Shown one piece after another: positions 26,521-40,725 of a stretch of DNA of 64,000 bases; positions within the stretch are counted from its first letter, which is position 1, and every line of letters begins with the position of its first letter. Position numbers and translations under genes: made by a program. The stretch spans positions 64,480,001 to 64,544,000 of the forward strand of contig OX597820.1 in assembly GCA_951406725.2 (NCBI GenBank). The letters run 5' to 3'. This stretch comes from Octopus vulgaris (Eukaryota). The notes below the pieces were generated by a model. The model had not been told where the DNA came from, did not search any database, and saw only the letters and a list, made by a program, of their open reading frames with translations.

Positions 26521-26781
26521 GATCAGGTTGCATATGCCAGCCCTATTGAAAACACCACGCCGCCACCTCTTTAGTTATCGGGCTATCTTTTTTTTTCATA
26601 GCATTTTTTAAATGGCCCGATAACTGAAGAGATAGCGGCGTGGTTTTCCGACCTGATATCCGAAACACGGAATTTTATCTTGGCTCCCGAATAATTGCCA
26701 CATATTACAGTTACAGAAAAATTCCTCTATTTACATAATATCGAGGTCTGATTTATTCTTCTGTTGTCTTAACATTTCTAT

Positions 26782-26785
<4 letters not shown>
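26521..26785 (+). mobile_element. pLTR-like element with HHR-like motif (26619-26679) and upstream inverted partial copy
   Basis: GATAA-CTGAAGA..GAAAC..TTATC; 26548-26586 is the reverse complement of 26612-26648; ends in (TA)n. Confidence 0.65.
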
Positions 26786-26819
<34 letters not shown>

Positions 26820-27360
26820 AGAGAGAGAGATGGTGGGAGAGACAGAGAGACAGACAGATATATATATATATATAGATAGATAAATAGATAGATACATACA
26901 TACATACATATGTACATACCTAGATATACAATTTGGCGCAGATATTACGGTAATTTCCACGATCGTGGTGGTCTACTGGCGCAGATCAGTCAATAGTGTT
27001 GCTTGTGTTATAGTGAAAATCACAGCATTGCTAAAGACTGTCCAGAGTTGCATCCCTTAAGTATTTCCCATTGATGTCGACTTAAAAGCTAGAAGAGCCG
27101 ATATCTGGGAATCCAATAGATCGCAAATCCGGGCAGATATGGTACCTTTACACATGTTTGCCATAAGAGAGAATTTTACTTCACGGTAACTACAGAGAGT
27201 TTGTGTTTAGAATTTACCATATATCACGAACATTTTTTAAGTAAGCTAAAGTTTGCTTATCCCTAAATACCGATAGGCGTTGACAATACGGCAACATTTA
27301 TATGAATATATATATATATATGTGTGTGTGTGTGCGTGTGTGTGTGTGCGTGTGTGTATT

Positions 27361-27690
27361 AAGGTCCTGCGATTATGCATGAGATCGACTAGGAGAATAT
27401 TGCCTGTCATCGCCACAGATGGAGGAAGCAGGTTAAGGGGGGGTAGATAGCTTTGAAATAGGACGTATTTTGCATGAAGATTCTAAGCGGGCTACTCGAA
27501 AGCGCAGTGCTAGCATAGTGAATGGAGAAATCTTGTTTGCAATGTTTGTAGTCGTGTATGCTTGTCAAGAGCAGGGCTCATTAACCACCAACGGATCCTC
27601 AAATTCAAAATACAAATTAGTCCTAGAGCGCACAATGTTACTGAAAGTCATCAATGGTCTTCCTCGGTCACGAGTGGACGGTCATCATCA
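27361..27690 (+). mobile_element. RTE-like LINE 3' end
   Basis: HRWRKQVKGG..KRATRKRS..LVCNVCSRVCLSRAGLINHQR zinc finger; (CAT)n end. Confidence 0.75.
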
Positions 27691-28068
27691 GCAACTTATG
27701 TATAAGATGGTACGAAGAGTGACAGAAAGCTGGAAAATACTTGAAAATGAAGCAAACCAGTTGAACATAGACTTTGAAGACACACACACACACACACATA
27801 CACCCAAACACACACATATATATTTTTTTGTTCATTGAGTTATTGCCTTTCCTATTTCTGATGTTGTTAATCCGTAATTAGTTTTAATTTCTGTAAATAC
27901 ATTCTATGATTTTTAAGTCGTCAAAATAGAACGCCTTTAGGAATACCCTATACATTCAATCTTATTAAATTAAATTCTCCATAGATGTAAATAGATATCC
28001 TCTAGAGTCGCACAGAGACAGCAATACTGATTCGTATATTGCAATACAATGATCCACATGCGTTTATG

Positions 28069-28109
<41 letters not shown>

Positions 28110-28654
28110 GCACGCACACAAACAAACAAACGAAGATGCATATACAGTGGCTTCTCCGAGCATAAAAAACTCATGCGGGATCATTGATATAAGGAGTGAA
28201 CTATATATCATGCAAAATTAGTCATACAGACATGTATACAAATGTACGTACAAGCGTACGTATTCATGCACACATACACACACACATACACTAACACACA
28301 CGCACACACACACACACACAAAAGTACATAAAAAAACACACAGACACAAACGTATATATGTTCCAAATACACGTATATAATTGCACACTGACACACGAAG
28401 ATCTCATATATTTTGGAACTTATTCATTACAAAGAAATATAATGCAATGCAAGGAATTATGCATAACCGTTTCATACTCACCACACCAAAGCGCCAACAT
28501 GCACGTGCGCAAGTGCGCGTGATAGCTTCCATTCACTGACTTTTGAAAAACAGTGGTACAAATTTACATGCATTTTCAGACGTGTCTCTTTGTGTAACTG
28601 GACACTAACATACGTAAATGAATACATAAAAATAAGTACAAACATGCATACATG

Positions 28655-28741
<87 letters not shown>

Positions 28742-28871
28742 ATATATATACATGTATATAGCTATACATACATATATATATATATAACACATACATGAAT
28801 ACATTCAATCACATATATACATGTATATATATGTATGTATATATTTTTATGTATGTACATATATATATCTA

Positions 28872-28991
<120 letters not shown>

Positions 28992-29926
28992 ATACATACC
29001 CACACACACACACATATATATATACACATATAATTATATATACATACTTAAATAAGTATGAGTACATGTGTTTGAGAGTTCGTATATACATGCTTGTATG
29101 CATCTATGTTTGCATAGTCATATATATGTTATATACATACTGCATACTTTCTGCATACATTCTGCATACATGTACATATACAGACAAACACATATGCATA
29201 TATATATGTATACATACACATACAGACACACACACACTTACGCACACACACACATATACAGAGAGACACCCACACCCACACGCACACACGCACACATATA
29301 TGCATCGAAATACAGCCACACGCGTGCATGAGAGTTCGAATATGACTTTCTAGGTCTTGTGATTCATCTTATGTTCTTTATATAATTTATGTATGTGTCG
29401 ATATTTGCCAAGCCATGCACGCTAACACAATATGAACATAGAAAATATTAATGATAAGGTGACCTGGAATTAACCTCTATGTGACATAACACGAATACCA
29501 CATCTTAAAAACATATAGAAAGTAACCTCGACAAACAGCAATCTCTAAATTTTATTACAAAAGAATGATATCCACATTAACCCCAAACCTATATATAATA
29601 ACAACCATGTAGCTAGCAACACAGATAAAATATATATACTATTTCTATTTGGAATCATATCTCTCACTCAGAGATAAAATAAATTCATTACAGATTTTAA
29701 AGCATCTCCCAATTCACTTATCATTACATTTCTTATGTTTGTGCATTTAAATTTTAGTACAGCACATTGTCAGGAATATCTTTATACGACTTCGTTATAT
29801 TTCTGAAATGAAGTTTAGTAGAAAATTCGTCTATATATCTATATCAATTTGTATACATATATATATTTTTTAATTATAGTTCCTCCAATAAGGCTGCAAG
29901 TGGACAATATCATTAGCATACTTGAA

Positions 29927-30340
29927 GGCGGCGAGCTGGCAGAAACGTTAGCACGCCGGGCGAAATGCTTAGCGGTATTTCGTCTGCGTTACGTTGTGAG
30001 TTCAAATACCGCCGAGGTCGACTTTGCCTTTCATCCTTTCGGGGTCGATAAATTAAGTACCACTTACGCACTGGGGTCGATGTAATCGACTTAATACCTA
30101 TGTCTGTCCTTGTTTGTCCTCTCTGTGTTTAGCCCCTTGTGGGTAATAAAGAAATAAGTATCATTAGCATACTGGGCGAAATCCTTAGTGGATTTCTGTT
30201 CATCATTACGTTCTCAGTTCGAATTCCATCGTAGTCGACTTCTTTCATTAATTCGGAGTCGGTAAAATAAGAACTAGTTAAGAACTGGGGACGATATAAT
30301 CGACTTTCCCCTAACACTTAAAATTGCTGGCCTCGATACC
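29927..30340 (+). mobile_element. SINE family B plus a second diverged unit
   Basis: GGCGGCGAGCTGGCAGAAACGTTAGC head, B-box GAGTTCAAATACC, tail TAAAGAAATA. Confidence 0.9.
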
Positions 30341-30914
30341 ATTATATTATTGTAATATTCTCGTATCTTTAGTCAGTATTTTCGCCAAAGACACTTTCTA
30401 TGTGAGACGCTAGAATACAATTTCAGCAGATGGTTCAGTTCTATTATGTTGACCTTCAGTGCTTAGTTTCGACAGTAAAAACGGACGAAATGCCGCTCAG
30501 CATTTTGACCGTCTGCTGACATTTCTGCCAGCTCATCCCCATATTATGACGCAATGATATATAACAGATATAAAGTTAAAGAACTATTCATATATTCTTC
30601 ATGCCAATCGCTTGATTACCGTCAACGCAAACGATACGTTAGTGATTCACAATGGCTGACCTTGAAATATATTATATCCTACACTAATGAGTATGTCCTC
30701 TTTTGCATTCCCGAATATGATGAAAGTAGATTCCACTATACATACGTGTATGTGTGTGTGTGTGTGTTTGTATGTGTGTGTTTCTGTGTGAGCGTTTTTC
30801 TGTATATATGAATGTAGTATTACGTACGTACGTATCTTAACTTTATCTTCTTTCAGTAATTAGACTGCGGCCATTCTGGGTTACCGACTTGAATAATTAT
30901 AATCGAACAAACCG

Positions 30915-31447
<533 letters not shown>

Positions 31448-31459
31448 CGTACCTCACAT

Positions 31460-31950
31460 TTTCGAATTTTATATTGACGATCACGAAGATGGAAATGTGT
31501 AAGTCATCTATTTAGAAGTATTGTGACATACCAGAACGGTTAAGCATTGTTGATACAAGAAAGAAAATGGTATGTATAATAATAGTGATGAGCTGACTTA
31601 CTCATATGAGCTGTTCTTTGAAAATTAAGGACAAATTCCTCGAAACCTTTCGGTTTTCTAAACCTGGATATGTTCACATTGATGCCAATAGTAATTGGTG
31701 GAGAAGATTTTTATTAGTAAATGCCCAAGCTGCAATCTGGAAAATCTAGGGTTTTTCAGAGGAAGAAATCAACCAGATAATTCATGTATTAGAAATACAA
31801 TCTTTTTGCAGAACAGTAAAAATGTGCGAGACTATTCTCGCACAATGTGAACTGATTTTTTGCTACATACATTTCAGCAATGGAGCTTCGTATTGTTGTT
31901 AGATTGCAGCTCCTGTCTTACTTGGAGTCTTCAAATAATTAAAAATAGAA
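31460..31950 (+). mobile_element. R4/Dong-like LINE 3' fragment (RLE domain end)
   Basis: MFTLMPIVIGG..CNLENLGF..EEEINQIIHVLEIQSFCRTVKMCETIL. Confidence 0.65.
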
Positions 31951-32036
31951 GGAACACGTGCACACACACATACATGTAAACATACATGCATTCTAATAAA
32001 TCTCTCTCTTTCTTCCTTTCTCAAACACACACACAC

Positions 32037-32099
<63 letters not shown>

Positions 32100-32100
32100 T

Positions 32101-32487
32101 TTACTCTTTTACTCTTTTACTTGTTTCAGTCATTTCACTGTGGCCATGCTGGAGCACCTCCTTTATACACCAGGACTTATTCTTTGGAAGCCTAGTACTT
32201 TTTCGATCGGTCTCTTTTGCCGAAACGCTAAACACACCAGCATCGGTTGTCAAGCGATGTTGGAGGGACAAACACAGACACAGAAACATACACACACACA
32301 CACATACATACATACATGCATACATACATACATATATATGCATATATACGACGGGCTTCTTTCAGCTTCTGTCTACCAAATCCACTCATAAGGCTTTGGT
32401 CGGCCCGGGACTATAACAGAAGACACTTGCCGAGGTGCCACGCAGTCGGACTGAACCCGGAACCATGAGGTTGTAAAGCAAGCTACT
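32101..32487 (-). mobile_element. SINE family A body; its head continues at 34760-34795
   Basis: Matches 62721-63135; interrupted by a 2.27-kb insert with TSD AAGCAAGCTACT. Confidence 0.9.
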
Positions 32488-32663
32488 ATTTTTCATAAAA
32501 ACTTGCCATAAAGGCATTACAAAGAGTAGCTGCGGGCTGGACATATACCTTGATGAAGTGAATAATGAAATAAGGATGATATTGATGAGAGAAGGCAAAA
32601 ACGCCCGCCGATTTTCTTCTTCTCTAAAACATTGTTCTTTTTTCTAAAACAGAATAAACAAAG

Positions 32664-33006
32664 CGAGGTATTGAACCTCTCACAACAGTTATTACAGTTT
32701 TTGGACTTAATAGTCCATTACAGATATTAATATGCAAAAAATATTCAATATACAATCAACACTATTCCATTTACAAATGAAGCGCTGGGCCTCTTACACT
32801 ATAACAATGAGGCTTTTCAACCTCTTCTCAATTTTTCACCTCAACGAGGTATTGAACATCTTACTACAGTTCTTACATTTATTGGACTTAATAGTCAATA
32901 ACATGCAATAATATATAATGAAATATTCAATATACAATCAACACTAGTCCATTTACAAATTAGGCGCTGAGCCTCTTACACATTATAACACTGAGGCTTT
33001 TCCACC
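32664..33006. repeat. Tandem duplication, period 181 bp, in the element 3' UTR
   Basis: CGAGGTATTGAAC at 32664 and 32845; both units end GAGGCTTTTC(A/C)ACCT. Confidence 0.85.
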
Positions 33007-34205
33007 TAATAATCGCTTGTGTCTGTATACTCTGCTATAGCCCATGCTTCGTTTGAAATGAAGGCGGGCTCCGAGTTGGCGTCACCCGGCCACGATTGAT
33101 ATTCTTCTTTTTGTCCCTTCAGCATCATAAACAGGCGCAACGTTATGACCTCCACAGCTATCTGCGGAGGCCATTCGGGGTCCTTTGTGAACGCCAAAGG
33201 TATTCTCTCGTAGTGTCATTTCACTATCTTTTCTACCTCGCCGCCTCTATAAAAGAAGACCAACAGTTTCAGGTCCATCGGGTCCGTGTCGGTCAATTTT
33301 ACCGTTGGCGGCATAATTCCCGCCAATGGTGTCTCCCCACCACCGGTGGCACAACCGACGAGGCTCCGTGACACTCCGGCGTCATGTCTCCGACTGCCGG
33401 CAATGTCTCATTTCTCCTCCTTTTCCTCTGTTTTTCTTCTCGACTGAGGGAGGGTGCGTCTCCTCCGTAACATGGAGACTCGCTTCCCCTCCCTCATCCC
33501 CAGGATCCTTCGGTGTGCACCCATTATTGCTGTTTCTTTCTTTTGCGGCTCTTCTTTCAGGAGTCCTCCGTCTCTTCGGCCGCCTTCATCCCTCCACTAC
33601 AGAGGTCTCCGTCAACCGCTCCGGGACTTTGCTTTGCTCTTGAGAACAGTGCTTTTTTAAATGGCCAAGCTTCAAACACCGATGACACTTGGTTGGGGAT
33701 CGTCCCTCAAGAATCACCGGATACTTAGATCCGGCCATTCTCAAAAAGTCTTGACTCCTCCCAGTCAGCCGCAGACATAATATTTTCACTAAGGAGCTTG
33801 GTGCTACTGCCACCCGGACCGTGGCGGATAGTATCTCCTATCCACTAGGGCTCAACTCCGGATGGCAAGCCTCAAATCCAAGCCCTCGTCAAACTCTTCC
33901 CACAATAAGTGTGAAGAAACAAAATTTCATTACCCTCCAGGGGCTGACTTTCAAATTCACAGGCTACTTCTGGAGAGTCAAACTGCAACCACACGGTTGC
34001 GCATTTGACCCCCGCGAGTGGTAAACTTAATCGCTGGCTTAAATTCTGCCAGCTCTCTATTGATTATATCCATCCTGAAAACGGCAATGGCACCGAGGGT
34101 TCTAGAGTAGGTCCTCAAAACCACCGTCTTACTTTCAAGGTCTTTTAATCATTTTTGGGGTGGTGTAATTTCCCACTCCACCAACTTTTCATTGTTATTT
34201 GTCAT
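33006..34205 (-). pseudogene. Disrupted ORF1/Gag-like nucleic-acid-binding protein with CCHC zinc knuckle
   Basis: ATG at 34205 (MTNNNEKLVEWEI..), internal stops and frameshifts; PVILEGRSPTKCHRCLKLGHLKKHC. Confidence 0.65.
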
Positions 34206-36675
34206 GTTTTTTAAAAAGAGTCCAAAATATAGTTGTTAAAATATAAAATAATTTAAGAAAATGAAGGAAGAGGAAAAAGGTCCAAACAAAAGGAAGGACA
34301 GAGAAAAAATTAATAGTTCAATAAAGTTTTTAAATCAAAGAAGAGAAAGCAAGAGTTGAAACCACAGCAAAGGCCACTTGGTACTCCAGGCCCAAATTTA
34401 ACACAATTGTAAAACAGTTAAAAAATCATTCCAATTTTCTTTTAGGTACTCCTTAACAGGAACGACACTATTTTCAAACAAAAATTTTGGCAGGACACGC
34501 CCAACAAACCAATAATTTTCACAATTAAGTGAATAATATTTTCACTCAGCCTCAGGTAGACTAGAGTCTAGTGAGGACTTCTTGCTTGTAAAAATAGTTT
34601 GCGGCATACAACTGGTCCCCACTAGACCCCAAAAAGTTTTACCTTACGGCTGAGTATTCAAAAGTCTTCAATTTAAGACGGCTTTCAAAAACACGTCTTA
34701 CATCTTCTGTGTCAAACACAACTCTAATTCGCACATACGCAATGAGGTAGCAATGACGTAAGCAAGCTACTTACGACACAGCCACTCCTACGCCTATATC
34801 TATCTATATATATATATACAAACACATACGCACGTGTGTATCAGTGCGTGCATGCGCGCGCGTATGTATCTATATATGCATATTTGCATACATACATATA
34901 TGTGTGTGTGTGTATGCACATGCGTATGCATACAGATACGCATAAATATTTGCAAATAGGCATGTACACATAGATACTACCTTTTGCTGGTACCAGCCAT
35001 AGGATTGTGGCCATGTTGGAGTACTGCTTTGGAGTGTTTAGTCGAACAATTCCATCTCAGTATTCACTTCTTTCATTCATTCTCTTTTGTGAAAATACTA
35101 AGTTCTAAATTCTAGTTTTAGGAGCAAAATGCGTCTCGCTTTTCGGGTTATGCTCATAAACATGTAACACCGAATAAATCAAAGTAGTAGCATAAGAATA
35201 ATAAATTGAATATTAATGAAGGTGCAAAGAAAAACATCCATACAGAATATAAAAATATAAAGAAATTTCCACCACGATGCATGGCCTAGCAGATCAATTT
35301 GTTATTTAAAAGATACTTCCAGGTATATATTAGCAAGCTGATAAACGTCGTGAACAATGACCAGATGATATGTGCAAGTATTCCTTAGGCCAAAAATACT
35401 CAGACGTCCTACCTGTATTTTATCAAGTACCGGTGGCTTTACTGGTTTCAGAGATTACTTTAATAGCGATTTTAATTAAAAACTGAAGTAGGGGGAATGT
35501 GCAAAATTGCATATGATGCTTTGTGTTGCATGTTTAAAACAATGATTGAGGTTAAATTGCTGGTCTAAATAGTACGTAACACACCTTTGCAGAAGCTGTG
35601 ATGGAGGCACCCAAGTTCGAAAGAATAAGAGTAACAATCAACGAATAAAAATACCAATCAGCTACATACACATATCGCCAAATTTATGACTTTGCTCCAA
35701 ATTTCGAAATTTTTACAAAATAAAGGAAAGGAATACTAGAATATCTTACAATAGAATGAAGTGCTTCGCAGTATTTAGTCCCCGTGTGGAAGCTTTTCGT
35801 ATATGATGACTGATAACGTCGACTGTCCCCCGCCTTCTAAACAAACCATTACTTCTAGTGATAACCCGTAGATGGATACCTCTGATCACTGAATTGTCCT
35901 GTAATTTTAAGATAAATAAAAATAAACCATGATAGTTACTCTAAAAGAGAAACTTAGAAATAACTTGCTGTGCGATCACTAAACAAAATATTTGACATTA
36001 ATAAAAACATGAACTAAAAATTGTCAAAGTTCATAGAATACTTCTGAAATATTATTTCACGATAAAGAAATAAAAAGAGAACTTTATATAAAAAAGTAAA
36101 ATCATAAACTTGAATAAGATCATAGGTGACATTTTGTTATCAAAAAGTGATGAAAAGTTAAGAAGGAAACAGCACATAAAATTGTCTACATCATTGCCAA
36201 CAATCACAAAGCTGGTGATGCTGAATCTGTCATTTGTGTCTCTTTCTTTATATAGTTTCGCTTTGATTTTCTGTCTGATTTGATTCGATTTAATTTTATT
36301 TTTTTGCCTTCTCTTCATTTTTATCTCTTCTTCCAATACGTGTGATATCTGTGACATTTGGTTTATCTTAATAGCAAGTGATATATAAAGTAATAAAGAA
36401 AGGTGAGTTTCAAAAGAAAAAAAGACACTGGTTTCGATTTGATGCTTAGTTTAAATTCATATAATTTTTTTATTCATTTCAGTCACAACAGTCCTCGACT
36501 ATATTAAAGGCACAGCATGAACTTACTGGAGACTGGCGGTCCGGAACCTCATATAATCTGCACTAACTTACGATCAGGAATTTCAAATTCCCGTGGCTTC
36601 CTATCTAGTTTACTGTTACTTTGCACAATACAATATTAATAAAGTTGTATAATTTAAACTAATATATAGGTAACT

Positions 36676-36900
36676 GGAAGCGTGTGGGTTAGTGGTTAGG
36701 ATGTTGGACGCATGATGGTAAGATTGTTGTTTCGATTCCTGGAGTGGGCGACGCATTATGTTCGTAAAGAAAACATTTCATTTTCCGTGTGTTTAGACGA
36801 CTTAGTTGGCTAAAAGAGGGAAACCTGCTAAGGATAGTCGTCTCACCCAGGTGGGTAATATATACCTCATGGAAATCAGGAATCCAGCACTTATGAACTT
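36676..36900 (+). mobile_element. tRNA-derived SINE, family C
   Basis: A-box-like TGGGTTAGTGG and B-box-like TTTCGATTCC. Confidence 0.65.
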
Positions 36901-37334
36901 CACAGGTACTGTATTTCATTTAACTATTTAAGTGAATTTAATATTTGCTGTTTTGAAAGTTTGTTGACCATTGTGTCCTCCCTTGGGTCAGGAAAATCAG
37001 TAACTGAGAAAGAGTTTCGGTGCGTGGGAGAGATTCCGCAGAACCAATGTTGTAACTAATGTTCATACGCTTTAAATACGTCAGTAACCAAAATAGAAAC
37101 GCATAGTGAGAGAAAAGTGCCCTAGGAATATTTCACTGATTCATATTATTTAAATCAAATTTCAGTATGCAAATCAGCACATGATTAGAGCTTACATTTT
37201 AAAACTGATCAACTAAGTATGCTGCTTTATTTGTTGAACCTTCTTATTTTCCACAGTTTCTATTTCTGTTTCCTTGTTCGAGTCTGTCAACGGTCCTTCA
37301 GCAACAACACACACAACAGTGTGTGTGTGTGGGG

Positions 37335-37655
37335 GGGGCGCAATGACTTAGAGGTTTGGGCAGCGGACTCGATTCCCTGACCGGGGGTTGTGAGTGTTAA
37401 TAAAGCGAAAACACATAAAGCTCCACGAGGTTCCTTTAACCACAACTTTCTCTCACATTTTCTTCCTGTTTCTGTTGTACTTGTATTTGAACGCGCCAGC
37501 CTTGTCACACTCTCTGTCATGCTGAATGTCACCTAAGGACTACATTAAGGGAACACGTGTCTGTGGAGTGCGCAGCCACTTGCACGTTAATTTCACGAGC
37601 AGGCTGTTCCGTTGATCAGATCAACTCTAACCCTCGTCGTCGCAGTTGAAGATGT
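37335..37655 (+). mobile_element. tRNA-derived SINE, family D
   Basis: Decayed tRNA head (GGCGCAATGACTTAGAGG..CTCGATTCCC) plus about 250-bp body ending before (CA)n/(TA)n. Confidence 0.55.
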
Positions 37656-37705
37656 TCTACAAAATACACACACACACATATATATATGTATACATACATA
37701 CATAT

Positions 37706-37740
<35 letters not shown>

Positions 37741-38228
37741 ATCAATTTAGGGTAGCAAAAAATTCAATAGAAATTTATCGCTACCAGCGGTCTAGTGGGA
37801 AGGAGAAAATAGTCAAAGACTATATATATAAATTCAACAACAATTAAGGAATGGCCTTAATAGGCCATTCGGCCCACCAGAAGAAGCAGCCAGGACTCAA
37901 ACCGCTAAGTAGTAGTAATTCAGAAATCAAATGAAAATTTTAAAACATTTACCCTAATTCATCTTTAGACGATGCATCGTTTCGGTGTTTTTAATGGCAA
38001 ACCAGCTTAATTAAATTAAATTAAGTCAATCTACCAAAGGCTACACCTCATCAGTAAAGAAACCAGGAGGGACGGATATACACGAGGCATATGTACCAAT
38101 GCCCTCGGAATATCTGCCTAAAATTTTCAAATTGATTTCTGAATTACTACTACTTAGCGGTTTGAGTCCTGGCTGCTTCTTCTGGTGGGCCGAATGGCCT
38201 ATTAAGGCCATTCCTTAATTGTTGTTGA

Positions 38229-38240
<12 letters not shown>
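37741..38240 (-). mobile_element. Penelope-like pLTR element with inverted 5' arm, embedded in (TA)n
   Basis: Arms 37821-37942 and 38119-38240 are near-perfect inverted copies flanking an intact HHR. Confidence 0.85.
37962..38060 (-). ncRNA. Type I hammerhead ribozyme, fully intact
   Basis: TCTTTA-CTGATGA-GGTG...CACC-GAAA-CGATGCATCG-TC-TAAAGA. Confidence 0.9.
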
Positions 38241-38292
<52 letters not shown>

Positions 38293-38329
38293 CTACATAT
38301 AAATATACATATACATGTGTGTGTGTGAG

Positions 38330-39040
<711 letters not shown>

Positions 39041-39064
39041 TATATATATATATATTCATTCAAT

Positions 39065-39275
39065 ATGTGACCGCGTGTGTATTGTTGATGATTTATCTCC
39101 CTCCGTCTTCCCTTCCTTGGATCTTACTTTACCTATTTTTCTAACGAAGAGCTCCGCTCTAAACGCTAAATCCTCTTTCTTTCTTTCCTTTCCTGAGCGT
39201 CCAATAACACTATACTTGTTCCATGCCCTCGCGTTCTGTTTTCTCTTTGTATTTTCATGTTGGGTTGGAAACCAC
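39065..39275 (+). mobile_element. Copy of the 1250-1445 pLTR-like family (decayed HHR at 39141)
   Basis: CTAACGA-A-GAGC-tcc-GCTC-tAAACGcTA. Confidence 0.55.
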
Positions 39276-39478
39276 TATGTGGACACCATTATGCTAGAAA
39301 TAGATCCGCTACGGTCTTACCACTGGTTTACCTCTAATATGTATATAATAAAATTTTACTGAACCTTCAGGTTTTTAACTGCTAGACCGCTTCTGTGAAA
39401 TCGATGTTAATTAAATTAATATCTAATTTCTCACCCACATTTAAAATTTAAATTTATATATATATATATATATATAAA

Positions 39479-39872
39479 GGAGTGGCTGTGTGATAAGTAG
39501 CTTGTTTACCAACCACATGGTTCCGGGTTCAGTCCCACTGCGTGGCACCTTGGGCAAGTGTCTTCTACTATAGCCTCGGGCCGACCAAAGCCTTGTGAGT
39601 GGATTTGGTAGACGGAAACTGAAAGAAGCCTTTCGTATATATATATATATATATGCGTGTGTGTTGTGTGTCTGCGTTTGTATCCCTAGCATTGCTTGAC
39701 AACCGATGCCGGTGTGTTTATGTCCCCGTTATTTAGCGGTTCAGCAAAAGAGACCGATAGAATAAGTACTGGGCTTACAAAAAGAATAAGTCCCGGGGTC
39801 GAGTTGCTCGATTAAAGGCGGTGCTCCAGCATGGCCGCAGTCAAATGACTGAAACAAGTAAAAGAATAAAAA
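39479..39872 (+). mobile_element. SINE family A, full-length
   Basis: tRNA-like head (B-box GGTTCAGTCCC), CCTTGGGCAAGT CORE-like motif, internal (TA)/(TG), CR1-like tail. Confidence 0.92.
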
Positions 39873-40237
39873 GTATATGAAATCGAGGGATCGAGGTGTA
39901 GGAAAAAAGTTAGTTTCAAGCAATCCGAGCAATCCGTAATATATATAAAAACAACTTTGGTTCTATAGTGGTCTATTAAGTCGAAGTTAGTGGATTTTTC
40001 CTTATTAAAGTACGGCATTCTGATTCAAACATCCATGTGTTAACATGTACCAACTTGCGACAATGTAAATTGTCGTTTAATCAAGATATCCCTGGCCTGA
40101 AGTGTATCCTGCGGTATAAACCTCACTTGGATATTTACCACTTGCGTACTTTTATTTTCTCTCTCTGGACCACGTCTATACTGTGACACTATCTTTATAC
40201 GTTCTAGGTAGTTATGTACCCGACAGTAGATTATCCA

Positions 40238-40269
<32 letters not shown>

Positions 40270-40273
<4 letters not shown>

Positions 40274-40725
40274 TTAATAAACAGGGTTCAGCAAAGATTT
40301 GCTTTACCACATACCGAAGTTTTGAAATAGCAGCCAAAAAACGTTAGCTATTTCTTCTACTTTAAAAAGGGGTCCTATGCTGAAGAGGAAAACGGTTGGT
40401 AAAGTATTTTTCTATATTCTTTATTCCAACCTAATTCCGAAATGCGCGTCCATAGGTGACCAGATATTGATTGATTTTCGTTACTTTTCCTCTCTGCCTG
40501 TGTGGATTGTTTTCAAGTATTTTGGTTTTGCTGGGACTCCCTTTTTAAAGTAGAAGAAATAGCTAACGTTTTTTGGCTGCTATTTCTAAACTTCGGTATG
40601 TGGTAAAGCAAATCTTTGCTGAACCCTATTTATTAAGTATGAAATGGTCCTTTTTCCATGCCGAATTCTACTTGGTGAAATTATTGATTACTTCTTAATT
40701 AATTAATTTTACCCTTTGTTATTAT
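40270..40725 (+). mobile_element. Penelope-like pLTR element with inverted 5' arm, embedded in (TA)n
   Basis: Arms 40270-40372 and 40539-40640 inverted; HHR between them. Confidence 0.85.
40374..40456 (+). ncRNA. Type I hammerhead ribozyme, predicted cleavage after C40450
   Basis: CCTATG-CTGAAGA-GGAA...TTCC-GAAA-TGCGCG-TC-CATAGG. Confidence 0.85.

Larger units (their letters stand above)
32488..34759 (-). mobile_element. L1/Tx1-like non-autonomous element (5' UTR, decayed ORF1, duplicated 3' UTR, no ORF2)
   Basis: 12-bp TSD at 32476-32487 and 34760-34771; CCHC knuckle CHRCLKLGHLKKHC; A-rich 3' end. Confidence 0.75.

Noticed and set aside
29927-30015. tRNA gene
   Set aside because: A/B-box-like head of a multi-copy SINE; no canonical cloverleaf.
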